DNA from: Takakia lepidozioides
Taxonomy: Eukaryota; Plantae; Bryophyta
Assembly (NCBI GenBank): GCA_030704615.1
Contig: CM060731.1
Span: 63,922,001 to 63,986,000 of the forward strand
Length of the DNA stretch: 64,000 nt
Reading direction: 5' to 3'
Shown here: piece by piece, positions 40,142 through 52,484 of the stretch
Numbering within the stretch: position 1 is the stretch's first letter
How the letters are laid out: each line of letters opens with the position of its first letter
The notes under the pieces: model-generated
The model's input: the letters and a program-made list of their open reading frames with translations, nothing else
What the model was told of the DNA's origin: nothing
The model's database searches: none
Translations under genes and position numbers: made by a program

Positions 40142-40813
40142 ATGGCGGCAAGTCTCATTTTTCGTTTGTATGCCTTCTTCTCTTTCGTGTTCAAGCTAGC
40201 TGCGTTTCTCCTTGTTGTGTGCAATGGCGTCTCCCTCTGTGAGGCGGCGGAGGAAGCGGCCACAGAGGCTATCACACCTGCTCAAAAACGTGAGTAGAAG
40301 CGCAAGGTGGAACAAGCCTTACAGGGTGCCTGGGCTGGGAAGTTGTTGCAGATACTGCATGCCGAGGAGATTGTTGCAAAGCTCCCTTTTCCCGAGCTTC
40401 GGGAGCGCATGCGTGCTGGTGAGGTTTTTAGCTGGCCTCAAATAGGTGTGTCGCAGTTCACAGTGAGCAGGGACGTACACACTGAATTGGAGGGCTTTGC
40501 CTACCCTCATAAGCACCCAAGTCCGTTGCAACTCTGGGAATTCATTAAAGGCGGTACTGCCCTTGTGTTAGCCAACCTTCGTCTGAACGATGTTGTTTCC
40601 GAGGACACTGACCCCACCTAGGAAGAGGTTATGGCGGGAGTTCTGGAATGGCGCTTTCACCACCATCCCTCGGACGTGGTAGTGTTTCCAGGCCTATCTT
40701 TCAAACAAGAACGTGTTGGACTGACTCAACTGGACAAGGCGGCTGATTACCCTCCGCACACACTGGTAGTTAAAGAACGAAGAGTGCGTACGGTGGTCAA
40801 GGTTGCGTTTTGA
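40142..40813 (+). pseudogene. Uncharacterised extra ORF upstream of gag in element A (two in-frame stops)
   Basis: One reading frame broken by TAG at ~40295 and ~40619. Homologous to 54400-54910 on the minus strand. Confidence 0.7.
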
Positions 40814-40964
40814 CTCAAAAGTGAATGAGAAGTCTGGCAACAATTGGGAGAGACCGTCTATCTTTGGCCCAAACAGCGTTACATCAGCTGCCATTGTGTG
40901 GCGAACTGGGAAGACTTCATTCAGGCCCCAGCGGATAAGAGATAAGAGGTGTTAGCCCCTGCTC

Positions 40965-41685
40965 ATGCCTGTCCACACTAGGGCCATGCTGGAGAAGGAG
41001 GCTGAGGAAATGGTAGGCTTAAGTGAGCTTGAGGCTAGAAGAGAGAGAGAGTTAGCTGCTGACTGGAGTGAAGCTGCGCATGGTGAAGGATCTACGGGTC
41101 ATGGAGGGGTAGAAAAGGATAAGGCTGCTCATGAGCCAGCTCTTGATGTAGAAGAGCTTTGTGAGGCTATGGGAGTCATATCTAATTGTCCACCTTTGAT
41201 GAAAATGTTGATCAATCAAATGTTCCGGTGACACCAATTAACAAACCCATTGATTCGTCTGAGAGGATGCACAAACAACCCTTTCCAGATTTCAACTTGG
41301 GTAAAGACTTTGAATCCTTTCTAGAGTTTTTTGAGATCAATAGAAAAATTAAGTATGTCCCTCAGAAGTTCATTGTCAAGGCCTTCCGTTTGTGTTTAAA
41401 AGGTGAGGCTAGGAAGATTTTTGAGTCCAACAATAAAGGAAAGAACGAGCTGACCTGGAGGAAGCTAGGCAATTGGCAGATAGATTGTTTTGCAAAGTGA
41501 AGCCCATTGCTTACACAGTTCCTGAGCTAACCTTCTCCCCTGGTGACAGTATTTGGAAGTACTACTCTGATCTTCGTACAGCCGTCTGTAAGGCAGTGGA
41601 CGATCCATCTGAACACTCAGCTATCCTGAAGCATTGCTTCATCAAAGGTTTACCCCCAGCTGACAGGGTCTTTTTACAAAAACAA
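40965..41685 (+). mobile_element. Element A gag, 5' half
   Basis: 'MPVHTRAM', 'DFESFLEFFE', 'LCLKGEARKIF' and 'HCFIKGLPPADRVFLQKQ', cut at 41685 by a TGTCAAG-starting insertion. Confidence 0.75.
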
Positions 41686-42001
41686 TGTCAAGTTATTTTA
41701 CCACTAGTGTGAAGTTAGCTAGGAAATAGCTAGCTTTTATATATAGACATTTGGGATTGACCCACATGTCAATCCGGGGGCCAATACATGTTTGGGCACC
41801 TGGCGTGGTTATCTTCACGGCAGATCGCGGTGGGCTCATCTTTCTCGAGTTGAGCCTCACCGCGTCTAGCAATGGCGCTGTAGTGTGGATTCCCCATGGC
41901 GTGGGGTGCAATTGGCTCAACTTAATATATGAGTGATGTTTTCATGTGCAAGTGTGTGAGTTTGAGAGAGCTTGTATGCTTGTATCATTCATTTCCTTAT
42001 C
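41686..42001 (+). repeat. LTR-like segment X (TGTCAAGTT start)
   Basis: Closely matching reverse-complement copy at 51551-51868 and a diverged relative starting at 55883 on the minus strand. Confidence 0.8.
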
Positions 42002-43262
42002 ACTCGAGAAATATCAGCTCGAGTCTGTGAGTGCCAGGTTCGAGTTAGTTGTAGCACTTGTGTTTTCAGATCATGAGAAGCGGTTCAGCCTAGAGTGCAA
42101 GGAGCCGTGCATGAGCCTATCCAAAGCGGATAGAGTGCAAAGGCGAACAGGTTGCAGGTTTGCCATGGAGAGAGAGGCGGGTAGCCTATGTTGAAGAGCG
42201 GCGTTGCATAGCTCAACGCTATGGCAACCAAGTTTAACTTCTAGTGTGAAGCGGAGGAGATGTTGGCCACAAGTGGGCGAACTGGTGGTCGTCTTCTTCA
42301 GCTGCAGGCCAAGTTAAAGAGCTACAGGAATGTGGGCTGCGCATGGGAAACTAGAATGTTGCAGGTCGGAGATGATATGATCAGCTCCAGGTATTTCTGC
42401 CCGAAACTAGTTGTTGCGGGTAGATGAGGAGCAGCCGAATGGTGGAACTGCGAGGGGATGCATTGCAGTCCGTTGGGAGCTTCAGCTCCAAGCTCATGAA
42501 GATGTATGAGTGAAGAGAGGGGGGCCGGTCCCTCTTGTGTGCAAATCAGTGCACTTGTGAAACATGTGCTGAGTTGGAGTTTCAATCTGAAACTCAGCAG
42601 TGTAAGGGCTCTTGGAGTGGCAAGAGCGGGGCTGGAAGGGCAGCAACAAGGCACCCTAGAGTCAGGGGATGTGCAGTAGAACTGCATGTACACCAAGGTT
42701 GTAAAGGTGTGTATTTTCATATTTGTTTTTGTGAGCTTCATGGAGAAAAGGGAGCTTGTTGGGCAGCATATGGCTTCCTTGTTGAGTTGGGGGCGCTTCT
42801 AGTGGGCCGTGAGAGCTCAGGAGTGCAGAGCAATGGGGCTGATGGCTCCGCAGAAGCCATAGCTCGTCGGCAGCAGGTGCAGGAGCAAACCCCAGCTCGG
42901 GGAGAGCTCGGGAACGTGTGGGAAAGCCGGGAACGCCTCGGGAACGCATGGGAACTCGTTGGGAGTTCCAGGGAACGCAGGGAATAATGACCGTGATGGA
43001 CCGTTGGGGCGGTATCACGAGATACCACGAGCCCAGGTCATGATGGTTGACCGTGACCGTTGACCGTGACCGTTGGAAATCGTGGTGCGGACACAACGGG
43101 TGGGCATGGTGACCAGATCGTGGGGATGGCGGGCCGTGAAGGCTCGTGGGAGTGGTACCACGGGTTATCACTGGGCAGCCCGTGGCCAACGAGTGCCTAG
43201 GGCGGGCCGTGAGGAGTAGTGGCGGTTAGAGCCACGGAAGGCCGCAAACAGAAAGAGTGAAA

Positions 43263-43286
43263 ATATATATATATATATATATATAT
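43263..43286. repeat. (AT)n microsatellite
   Basis: ATATAT run. Confidence 0.9.
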
Positions 43287-44289
43287 CTTTTTTCACTCGT
43301 TTCGTGGGACCTTGATGGGGAGGCTGGGCTCTGAAGAACAACGGTTCTGAGCTAGCTGATCCGGCAGAAAAGTCGGAATTGCCTCCCTGTTGCGTTTTAA
43401 CAAAGGGGATTACTTCCCTGCAGGCAATCTTTTCGGGTTTTCAGCCCAGTTCTTAACTATGGGGGAGACCAGCCTGCAGGTAATTCCTTTGGACAGAATG
43501 TTGTTGGGGCCTATATGTACCTCTATTTGCTCCATTTTTTAACCTTCAGTGAATGGCGTGGTTTCCTGAGGTGGTTCTATTCGGAGGAATGACTGGTGGA
43601 CAAGAGGAGGCATTGGCGGACCCTATGGAGGCTTGCATGGGGCCTTGGAGGCCAAGTTTCATGAGCTCGTGGAGGGCGGTTTGACGAGTGTCTACAGGAT
43701 GCTCTCATGGTCATGCAAGTGAGAGAAGAGAGGGAAAAAGAGGGTGTTGGGATGAGAGCGTGCTGGGGATAGGCATTGCTTTAGCTTCCCTTCCTCGTAG
43801 CTTTCCACCTTCTCTGTAGGCCGAGACCTTTCCATAGGTGGAGGCAAGAGTCAGTCCGGGTTTGGGCTGGGTTGCAGGAGCGACACTGTGGAGTTGTTTT
43901 TGGTGTGGGGGAGTTGTTGTTTTCATTCTTGTCTTTGGATCCCCTCCACACCTGCATGCTTGATTGTGCGCCATGCTAGTTTTGTGTGGGCGCTTGATTT
44001 TATAGGTGGTTGACTTGGGCTTGATGGCCGATCCAACCCTAGAGCATGTTGTCGATGGTGAGGCTGGGTTGATGAGCAATCAGACCATCTTTGTTCTCTT
44101 GTGGTGAGGTTGGAGGTGATGACCAGCCAACCATAGGAGTGTCTGCGGTGGATGCAGGTACAGGTGCAGGCTTTGTTAGGAACCTAGTATTCCAAACCAT
44201 AAGCCGCATCAGGTTCTCTACCCGGATACCTTGTGGAGAGGGGTTAGAGACAGGTTCATGACCGGTTGAGTGTCAGTTTGTCAACACGA

Positions 44290-46905
44290 AGGTGCCATTA
44301 GTTGCTGGGGAAAGTGTCGGTACGAGCACTAGCGATACTAGCGGGTATACGAGACGAGGTGTGCGGTTTAGGCCACCTTCACCTCTTGTGTCTTCTACGG
44401 AAGGTTCTGATTTGGATTGTGAATCAGGAGGACTCACACCGGCGGTGCAAGTTGTTTCTTTGCCATTGTTGGGGGATGATGGAGGAGATGTATGGAGCCA
44501 CCAAGGGGCCATGAAGGTACTCTGGGGCGGTGGGCACCATCGAGTTGGATGACTTTATCCAAGAGTTTGATAGTTGGTGTGACTTGCAGCAAATGCGTAA
44601 TCCACAAATGTTTACGCCTTTTATGGCATGGAAGGGGCTGTTTCAGCACCTTGAGGGGCCGCCCATGGATGATTATCATGAGTTTAGGTGGGGGCACGAT
44701 GTTGAGATTGAGGAGTGGAGGATGTACTGGTCACCCAACTATGTCTCCATCACTAGAGGGACAAGGGCAGCAGCCATACCGGCAGCTTCCACGAGCAGCA
44801 GTGGGACTAGTGGTATAGAGGCTACGACGTCCACCCAAGCTACTACTGCACCAGCACCAGTGACGGTGCCTGCCTTCAACCCTGTTGTGGAGTTCTTCAA
44901 AGAGTTGAGAAGGAACTACCAAAAAGTGAGGATAGAGAAGTTGAGGAGCTTGCAAGAGTTCCAGAGGAAGCCTACTGAGAGCTTGAGGGAGGCTTTCACT
45001 CGCATGAGGCGCTTGATTAATGTAACCCAAGGGGTTACGGAGGCTCAGGCAGTCCAGTTTTGGTACGGGATATTGGACAAGGAGCTGAGGAGAAGGGTGC
45101 GGGATGCAACTCTCATACAAGCAGCCCAACCCACCTTAGCAAATGTGTTTTTGCTGGCAGAGCAGATAGAACTCAACATGGTGGAGGAACGAGTGGTCAT
45201 GGTGGGATTTGCTAAGGAGGCACCACGGGGTAGTGGTGCTCCTAGCCAGCCACTACCTCAACGTGCTCAAGGCAACAAGGGGGCTCAGGTGAAGCCCAGG
45301 GAAGGGTAGAGATGGCCTCAGATGCAAGGGTCTCTCCCTTCATTTGCTAGCCAACAATGGGCGGATGTGGTGTGCTGGACATGTAGGGGACCCCATGTTA
45401 AGAAGGATTGCCCAGAGGGAGACAATGGTTTGGCACCAACACAGCCTGCACAGATGCAGTGTGGGCATTGTGGCAAGTACGGGCATGGAGAAGCCTAGTG
45501 CTATGGTTCGCACCCTGATTTGCGCCCAGGCCAGTTCCAAGGGAACAATGGTGGCCGGCGGCGAGGTGGATCAGCAGCCCAGAGAGGACGAGGTGGTCAG
45601 GCCGCACGAGGTGCAGGCCAAAGGCAAGCTCAACATGGCCAAGGACGCGGAGGTCAGGGTGGTGACCAAGGCATGGCCAATCGGCTTCAGCAGCTAGAGC
45701 AGAGGCTTGCTGCTATGGCCACAACTCAGGTGGTACCGGCTCCAAGGCCGGATGGTCCACCTCCTACTCCTGAGGGAGGAGACATAGGAGGCATGGGATT
45801 CATGTGCAGGGCAGCACTACCACTAGTGAGGGGTGCCACTACCACTACCATTATGGGTGGGGCACCACTACCACTAGTGTTGGGCAACACTACCACTACC
45901 ACTATGTGCGGGGCAGGACTACCACTAGTGCAAGTGGAGTCAGTTGCGGCAGTGACTCGAGGAGCAACACGAGTTCCTGAGCCACGGGGTGCGGAGGTGG
46001 AGTTGGATCCACAACGTGGGGAGGCAAGCCGTCAGGCCAGGCTTCCTCAGTCATTCACATTGGCGGAGACAGTGTCGACGCCGTCTATGGTACCTAGTTC
46101 TTGCCCGACTGTTACTGAGGCGGAGGTTACTATGCCATTGGGGAGAGCTACACGGGCAGCACCACTACCTAGTGTTGCCAAGGCTACGGCAGCTAGTGTG
46201 TTGCTGGGGGCGGCCACAGCTGTGTGCCAGACTCCATTGTTCTCGGCTACCATGATTGCGACGTCGGGGGTAAGACCAGCTGAGGTGTTCAGGCTGGCAG
46301 CTACACTCTGTGAGAGTGGGGAGGTTACTTCATCTTCTGCAGAGATAGTGGGAGGTGTAGTGCCGGAGGGATCCTCTGATGTGAGGGTCAAGACTGCCAC
46401 GGCGGCACCATGGCAAGCATCAGCTGTCAGATTGATGGAGCTGCCAGCTAGGCCAGCCATTGAGCGCGCCATGGTGACACCTGGAGTTGTCATGTTAGAC
46501 AACCAAAAGATGGCATTTTCTGTTTGAGTGGACCGGCAGGCAAGACATACCGGCCACTGCAAGTCTTGTTGGACTCGGGAGCTCAGCCATTGATGTTGGG
46601 CAGAGCTGCTATTACAGGCTTGGGCCTCACGGAGGCGGATATGGAGTTGTGCCATTTCGAGATACAGACATCTCTGGGAGGATCAGAGCAGGCTCGAGGC
46701 ATGACACGGCGTGAGTTGGCTATCAGACTACAGCCGGATCATCCTACAGATGGCTCGGTGATGAGAGCCAAGGCCATTATGACAGACGCGGTCTCGTACG
46801 ATGTCCTTGTTGGTGGGGCAGTGTTGTACCCCATGGGCTTCACCCTGGATTTTTGGGAGGAGTTCGCTTCCTATAGGCCTGGATGGCAGTCAGGGGAGGG
46901 CCGGC
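44290..46905 (+). mobile_element. Element B gag and aspartic protease
   Basis: Gag 'ELDDFIQEFDSWCD', two knuckles 'CWTCRGPHVKKDC' and 'CGHCGKYGH', and protease 'VLLDSGAQPLMLG...YDVLVG'. It contains stops and frameshifts. Confidence 0.8.
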
Positions 46906-49900
46906 GTGTGCTTAGTACTAGCATGAATAAAAGTGCGATAAGCAAACAACAGAATTGGAACAGCCATGTCCCACTTGTCAATCAAAGTCCCATTCTTCTC
47001 CAACATCTGACACATAGTCTTGTTAAAATACTCCGTTAAGCCATTGCATCGGGGGTTATAAGGGGCAGTCACCGCATGACTAGTATTCAAGTTAAACAAG
47101 ACAATATCCATGAGTTGGTTACAAAACTCGGTACCTTGATCCGTGAGGATCCCAATGGGACATCCGTGGCGGAGGATCACCTTGTCAAAGAAGAATTGAA
47201 CCACTTCATCACTGTCCTTAGCAACCAATGGTCGGAGCTCAACCCATTTCATCAGGTAATCCGTGGCTACAGCAAGGTATGCATGGCCATTGGACGTGGG
47301 TTTGAGTGGTCCAACTAAATCTAAGCCCACCCTTGCAAAAGGTTCAGTGACAAGGATAAAGGTAATGGAGCCTCGGTTCTAGGCAGTATGGTCTTAGCAT
47401 GACAGGGAACACATCTAGCAATGAAGGCTGAAACATCCTTCACCAACCCTTTCCAAAGATATTGTTCTTGCAAACGTTTGACTGTCTTGGTAACCCCCAA
47501 ATGTCCAGCATAAGTAGAAGCATGGTAAAGTTCAAAGCAAGGCAGGAACAGCGGACCTAGGAAGGACTTCCACAGCAGATTGGCCTTCCAAAGCATCAAC
47601 TTTGAACAAACGCCCTTCACTTTCCCGGTGGGAAGGTAAGTGATAGTTAACTTGCCTCATAAGTAGCTTGGATATGCCACTTACGTGGGTGCCAGCCTTG
47701 CACCTATGGAGAAGAGCTTCGTAAAGTGGGTCATCCATGCTACAACCTTCATGGCCACACAACAACGGTTAGAGCAGGTGAAATAGAAAGTGTATGCCCT
47801 CGTGTTCTTCCTTTTAGGTATCTTATCATACTTTCAGTGGCTGCCTATGAAGGTGTGTGCAGGCCTTAGGAAATAGCTCAGCCCCTTGGTCAGGACAGAA
47901 GAATCAGGCAAAATGAACCAGACTATGTAAGGGACATAACTAAACCCAACAGGGTGTCCGCCACACTTTAATGCAGATTAGTACCAGCAGCAAACCTAAT
48001 GAACATCAAACTGAGCAAGATCCCAAGCATCTAGTAAATCTGCTGGGACATAAGGAAAATCCAAAAGGTGGCATAAAGCAAAAGGGTTAGTAATAGCAGG
48101 AGCAGGAATAGCTAGGTTGAGCTGTGGGAGAGGGAACAATAAGCAAGTCATCAAGGCTGGTGTAAGGGGCTGATCGCTTGGTTTCCCCATGAGTAAGGGT
48201 GTCAGCATTGATGTTGTCCTTGCCCCGCTTCTGGTAATCTTGAAATCATAAGCCTGTAGAATTAGCGCCCATCTAGCTAACCTCCCAGTTAGCTCCCTAG
48301 GAGTAAGCAAAGCTTTCAATGGAAGGTGATCAGTTTCAATTACAAAGGGGCATCCATGAAGGTACTGGCGAAATACTTCACACCAAAAATTACAGCTAAG
48401 CCCTCTTTGTCTGTGATAGAGTAGTTGCGTTCATGTTTATCTAAGCATTGAGAGGCATAGGCCACGACATGTTCCCGCACATCATGAACCTGGCTAAGCA
48501 CTGCAGAGACTGCCAAATCACTGGTGTCAGTTTGGTAACAGAAAAGGTAAGGTGAAGTCTGGATAAGCAAGAACAGGGGCAGAAGTCAAGGCGATTTTGA
48601 GCTTTTCAAAGGCAGAGGTTTCAGCGAGGCCCCAAACAAAACGTACATTTTTGGACAAGAGCCGAGTCAAGGGTGCGGTAATCTTTGTAAATTGAAAGAT
48701 GAATCTGCGATAATAAGAGCCTAATCCAAGAAAAGCTTTGACACAGTGCTTGTCTTTGGGTGTGGGATACTCCCACATGGCTCGGATCTTGTTGGGATCA
48801 AGACTGATACCAGCAGCAGAAATGAGGTGGCCAAGAAAGTGTAGCTGTTCCATACAGAAGTCGCACTTCTTTGCTTTAACTTTAAGTCATGCGGCACGAA
48901 GTCTGCATACCACTCTTTGCAAGTCCAACATATGAGCTTCAAAGGTAGTGAGTAAACATTGATGTCATCTATATAAACAAGTGCACATTCACATCGTAAG
49001 TTACCGAGCACCGCATCCATCAGTCGCTGAAATGTAGTAGTGGCATTACAAAGCCCAAAAGGCATGATCTCAAACTGATACGTGCCCATCCTACATGTAA
49101 AAGCAGATTTTTCTTTGGCAGAGGGAGTGAGAGGTACTTGCCAAAACCCAGCATCAAGATCTAAGGATGAGGAAATTGTGGCACCATTGAGCTGATCTAA
49201 TGTCTCATTAATGCAAGGAAGAGGGTACACATCACGTTTAGTAAGAGCATTCAACCAGCGAAAGTCAACACGAAATCGAGTGGAGCCATCCTTCTTACCT
49301 ACTAACACGATAGGGCTGGCCCACGGAGAGATAGAGGGAGTGATTACGCCTGCATCAAGAATGCGGGTGATTTCCTCCTGGATGATCTTGGGTTCACGAA
49401 CACTTTCCCGGTAGGCATGTTGTTTGACAGGGGAGCCATCAGTGACTATGTCATGTTGCAAAATATCAATTTTGCCAAGATCATGAGGACCACGGCTAAA
49501 GATATCTAGATTGCAGCGAATGAAAGAATGAAGCTGGTGCATCTGGGGAGAGGTCAGATGATCACCAACCTTAATGTCCTGGAGCACTTGCTGGAAATGA
49601 GCTTCCTGGTCAGGGGTCAGGCTGGGGCTGACAGCAAGACCACGATGAGCAGTAAAACTTTGTAGCTGGTCAACAGGGGAGTCAACTAACCCAATATTTT
49701 GCAAGCTGAGGGCTGACTGCACAATCGTTAAATTGGAGAGTGGCACGGCAGTCAGACGTGCAAGCACTTGCCCTTTGCGGATGGAGACAGTAATGCGTTC
49801 AGGATTAGCAATAAGAAGCCGGGTTTCTCCTTTGAACCCTCGGTCAAGGACACCGGCAAAAATGAGGCAGTGTTTCTGCAATGCTAACTTCCGCCACCCT

Positions 49901-51187
49901 TCAATTTCTAAAAAATGACCCTCAGGACACAGAAATGCAAGACCTGTGGGAACAATTTGCTGAGAAAAGGCAGGGATGACAAAGTCAGTAGGAGCCCTTA
50001 ACAGAAGTGAATTTTTTGGTATAGGAAAGGGAGCACTGCCCTTGCTGCCAGGGGCAGGAAATTGCCATTGATGCAAGCAGTTATCCACAGGTTGGAATTG
50101 ACTGAAACGAGACCAGCTGTAGGCCAGTCCCACTTGATCCCGCATTGCAGCAGCTTGCAACTTGGTTTTGGCATAGTTGGCCATAGATGTACTAGCAACC
50201 AAGGTCACAGGCGACAGATTGACTTTGTAAGGACTGCCCTCTCCGTTGTGCAGCCACATCACATGTCCCATGATATCAAGGCTAGCTTCAGCCCCTTGCA
50301 TCCAATCCAGACCTAACAAAAACTGTTCCCCAAGAGTGACAATACAGATCAGTACCACACTTTTGCCACTAACTCTGATGGGCAAGGTGACCAAGCCTAT
50401 AGGTTCATAAGCAGACCCATCTGCAATGGAAATAGACAAACCTTTGGCTGATTGTAGTTCAAGTCCTAAGATGCGAACCACACTGAGAGGGATGGCAGAC
50501 ATTGTACGCCATGTATCAATAATGCAGGAGAATGAAAGGTGACCAACATGACATTGGATCATCAACGGATGCACTCTGAGTTTGTTGACCTTGCGAAGGG
50601 CCTCACAATGTAGCAACTTGTGAAATCTTGAGATAGGACCGCACTTACCAAGGAGGGAGGGCTGATGAGACGATCGCCTGGCACCTTCACAAACGACCAT
50701 TTTTGTTTAAAGCTCCCTTCTTCTCCTTTTTAAGCTGCTCAATTAAAGCTGGCAAATCTGACTGATAAGGGCACCAGCGAGTATAGTGTTCCGTGGACTT
50801 ACAGATCATGCAAGCGGATAACAAGGCTTTATTCACATACCTCGTGCCGGGTTGGGATTTGCCCCTAAAGCCACCCTGCTTGGGCTCTTGTTGATTCTGG
50901 CTAGAAGGATCAGATCTCGAGGCACGCCAAGTAGCCTCATTTTTCATCGCCAAGAACTGTTCTTGGACGTCACTACGGAACTGGCTCAACTCATGAACCA
51001 ACTTGGGCAGTAGCTGATCTGCAGTAATGGTCACCTCAGGATGCACATCAGCAAGGTTAGTGTCCTTACTAACAGCCAAAAATTCGTAGCCTTGAGAGGG
51101 GAGGGGCTCATGTCAGCCTTGGCCGCCTTCAATCTAAGTCGTTCCTCCAGTAAACCTACCATTTCATCTTCATGGTGGTAATGTTGT
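46905..51187 (-). mobile_element. Element A 3' half (Ty3/gypsy order): gag end, protease, dUTPase-like, RT, RNase H, integrase; decayed
   Basis: Knuckle CMICKSTEHYTRWC; protease IIDTW..FLLGLDW; RT SPWASPIVLV, MPFGLCNA and YIDD; RNase H QTDTSDLAVSAVL; integrase HxxxxxGHLG..CxxC, GLDLVGP and TDQGTEF. Confidence 0.92.
49740..50010 (-). other. dUTPase-like domain inside pol
   Basis: 'LRAPTDFVIPAFSQQIVPTGLAFLCPEGHFLEIEG..LALQK..IFAGVLDRGFKGETRLLIAN...IRKGQVLARL'. Confidence 0.8.
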
Positions 51188-52240
51188 TGTCGTGCGCATA
51201 CATATTGCTACACAACTACATCGCTGTCCAAAACCACACAACACATGTGCACACCAAACACTAGACAACCACTAGTCACCACTAGTGCAACCACTAGTCC
51301 ACCACTAGGTTGCCACTAACCACCACTAGTGCAGCCACTAGTCCATCACTAGGCTGCCACTAGCCACCACTAGTGCAGCCACTAGTCCAACCACTAGTCT
51401 GCCACTAGCCATCACTAGTGCAGCCACTAGTCCACCACTAGTCTGCCACTAGCCACCACTAGTGCAGCCACTAGTCCAACCACTAGGCTGCCACTAGCCA
51501 CCACTAGTGCAACCACTAGTCCATCACTAGGCTGCCACTAGTCCATCACAATGATAAGGAAAGGAATGATACAAGCATACAAGCTCTCTCAAACTCACAC
51601 ATTTGCACATGAAAACATCACTCATATATTAAGTCGAGCCAAGTGCACCCCACGCCATGGGGAATCCACACTACGGCGCCATAGCTAGACGCGGTGAGGC
51701 TCAACTCGAGAAAGATGAGCCCACTGCAATCTACCATGAAGATAACCACGCCAGGTGCCCAAACATGTATTGGCCCCTGGATTGACACGTGGGTCAATCC
51801 CAAATGTCAATATATAAAAGCTAGCTATTTCCTAGCTAACTTCACACTAGTGGTAAAATAACTTGACAGCTGTCGTGCACATACGTATCGCTACACCACT
51901 ACATCGCTGTCCAAAACCACACAACACATGTGCACACCAAACACTAGACAACCACTAGTCACCACTAGTGCATCCACTAACCACCACTAGTGCAGCCACT
52001 AGTCCAACCACTAATCTGCCACTAGTGCAGCCACTAATCCATCACTAGGCTGCCACTAGCCACCACTAGTGCAGCCACTAGTCCAACCACTAGTCTGTCA
52101 CTAGTCCACCACTAGTCTGTCACTAGCCACAACTAGTGCAGCCACTAATCCAACCACTAGGCTTCCACTAGCCACCACTAGTGCAGCCACTAGTCCATCA
52201 CTAGGCTGCCACTAGTCCATCACAATCGCCCCCCTAGCTG
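51188..52240 (-). repeat. PPT plus two ~355-bp LTR-like direct repeats built from CCACTAG(T) units, with segment X between them
   Basis: On the minus strand: PPT AGGGGGGCGAT (52235-52225), TGTGATGG...CACGACA (52224-51871), X (51868-51551), then TGTGATGG...CACGACA again (51550-51188). Confidence 0.85.
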
Positions 52241-52484
52241 GCGCTTAGGTCCCTCTAAGTCTAGGTAGCCACAAGATGTGATAGTGGCCATAGCCTCACT
52301 AAGTCCTCCACCACTGTCCCTACTACACTCACACTCGATAGATCAAGAGGCCGGGTACAAGAGTTGCCCCATCGTTAGTCTTCGTCTTGCAACATGTGAA
52401 CTTGAGCCTGAGATCTCGGGTATTGACTCCTATGAGCTTGGCCTCTCATGTCTTGTTAGCTGCCACTAGTCATATCCACTGCCA

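Noticed and set aside
42322-43189. Overlapping 139-175 aa ORFs after segment X
   Set aside because: Low-complexity element-internal sequence with no convincing homology to the unknown ORF family.
46047-46655. 202-aa minus-strand ORF
   Set aside because: It is antisense to the GC-rich gag-protease linker and has no motifs.
51260-52220. CRISPR-like appearance of the CCACTAG repeat arrays
   Set aside because: There are no unique spacers and no cas genes, the context is eukaryotic, and the arrays lie inside LTR-like repeats.
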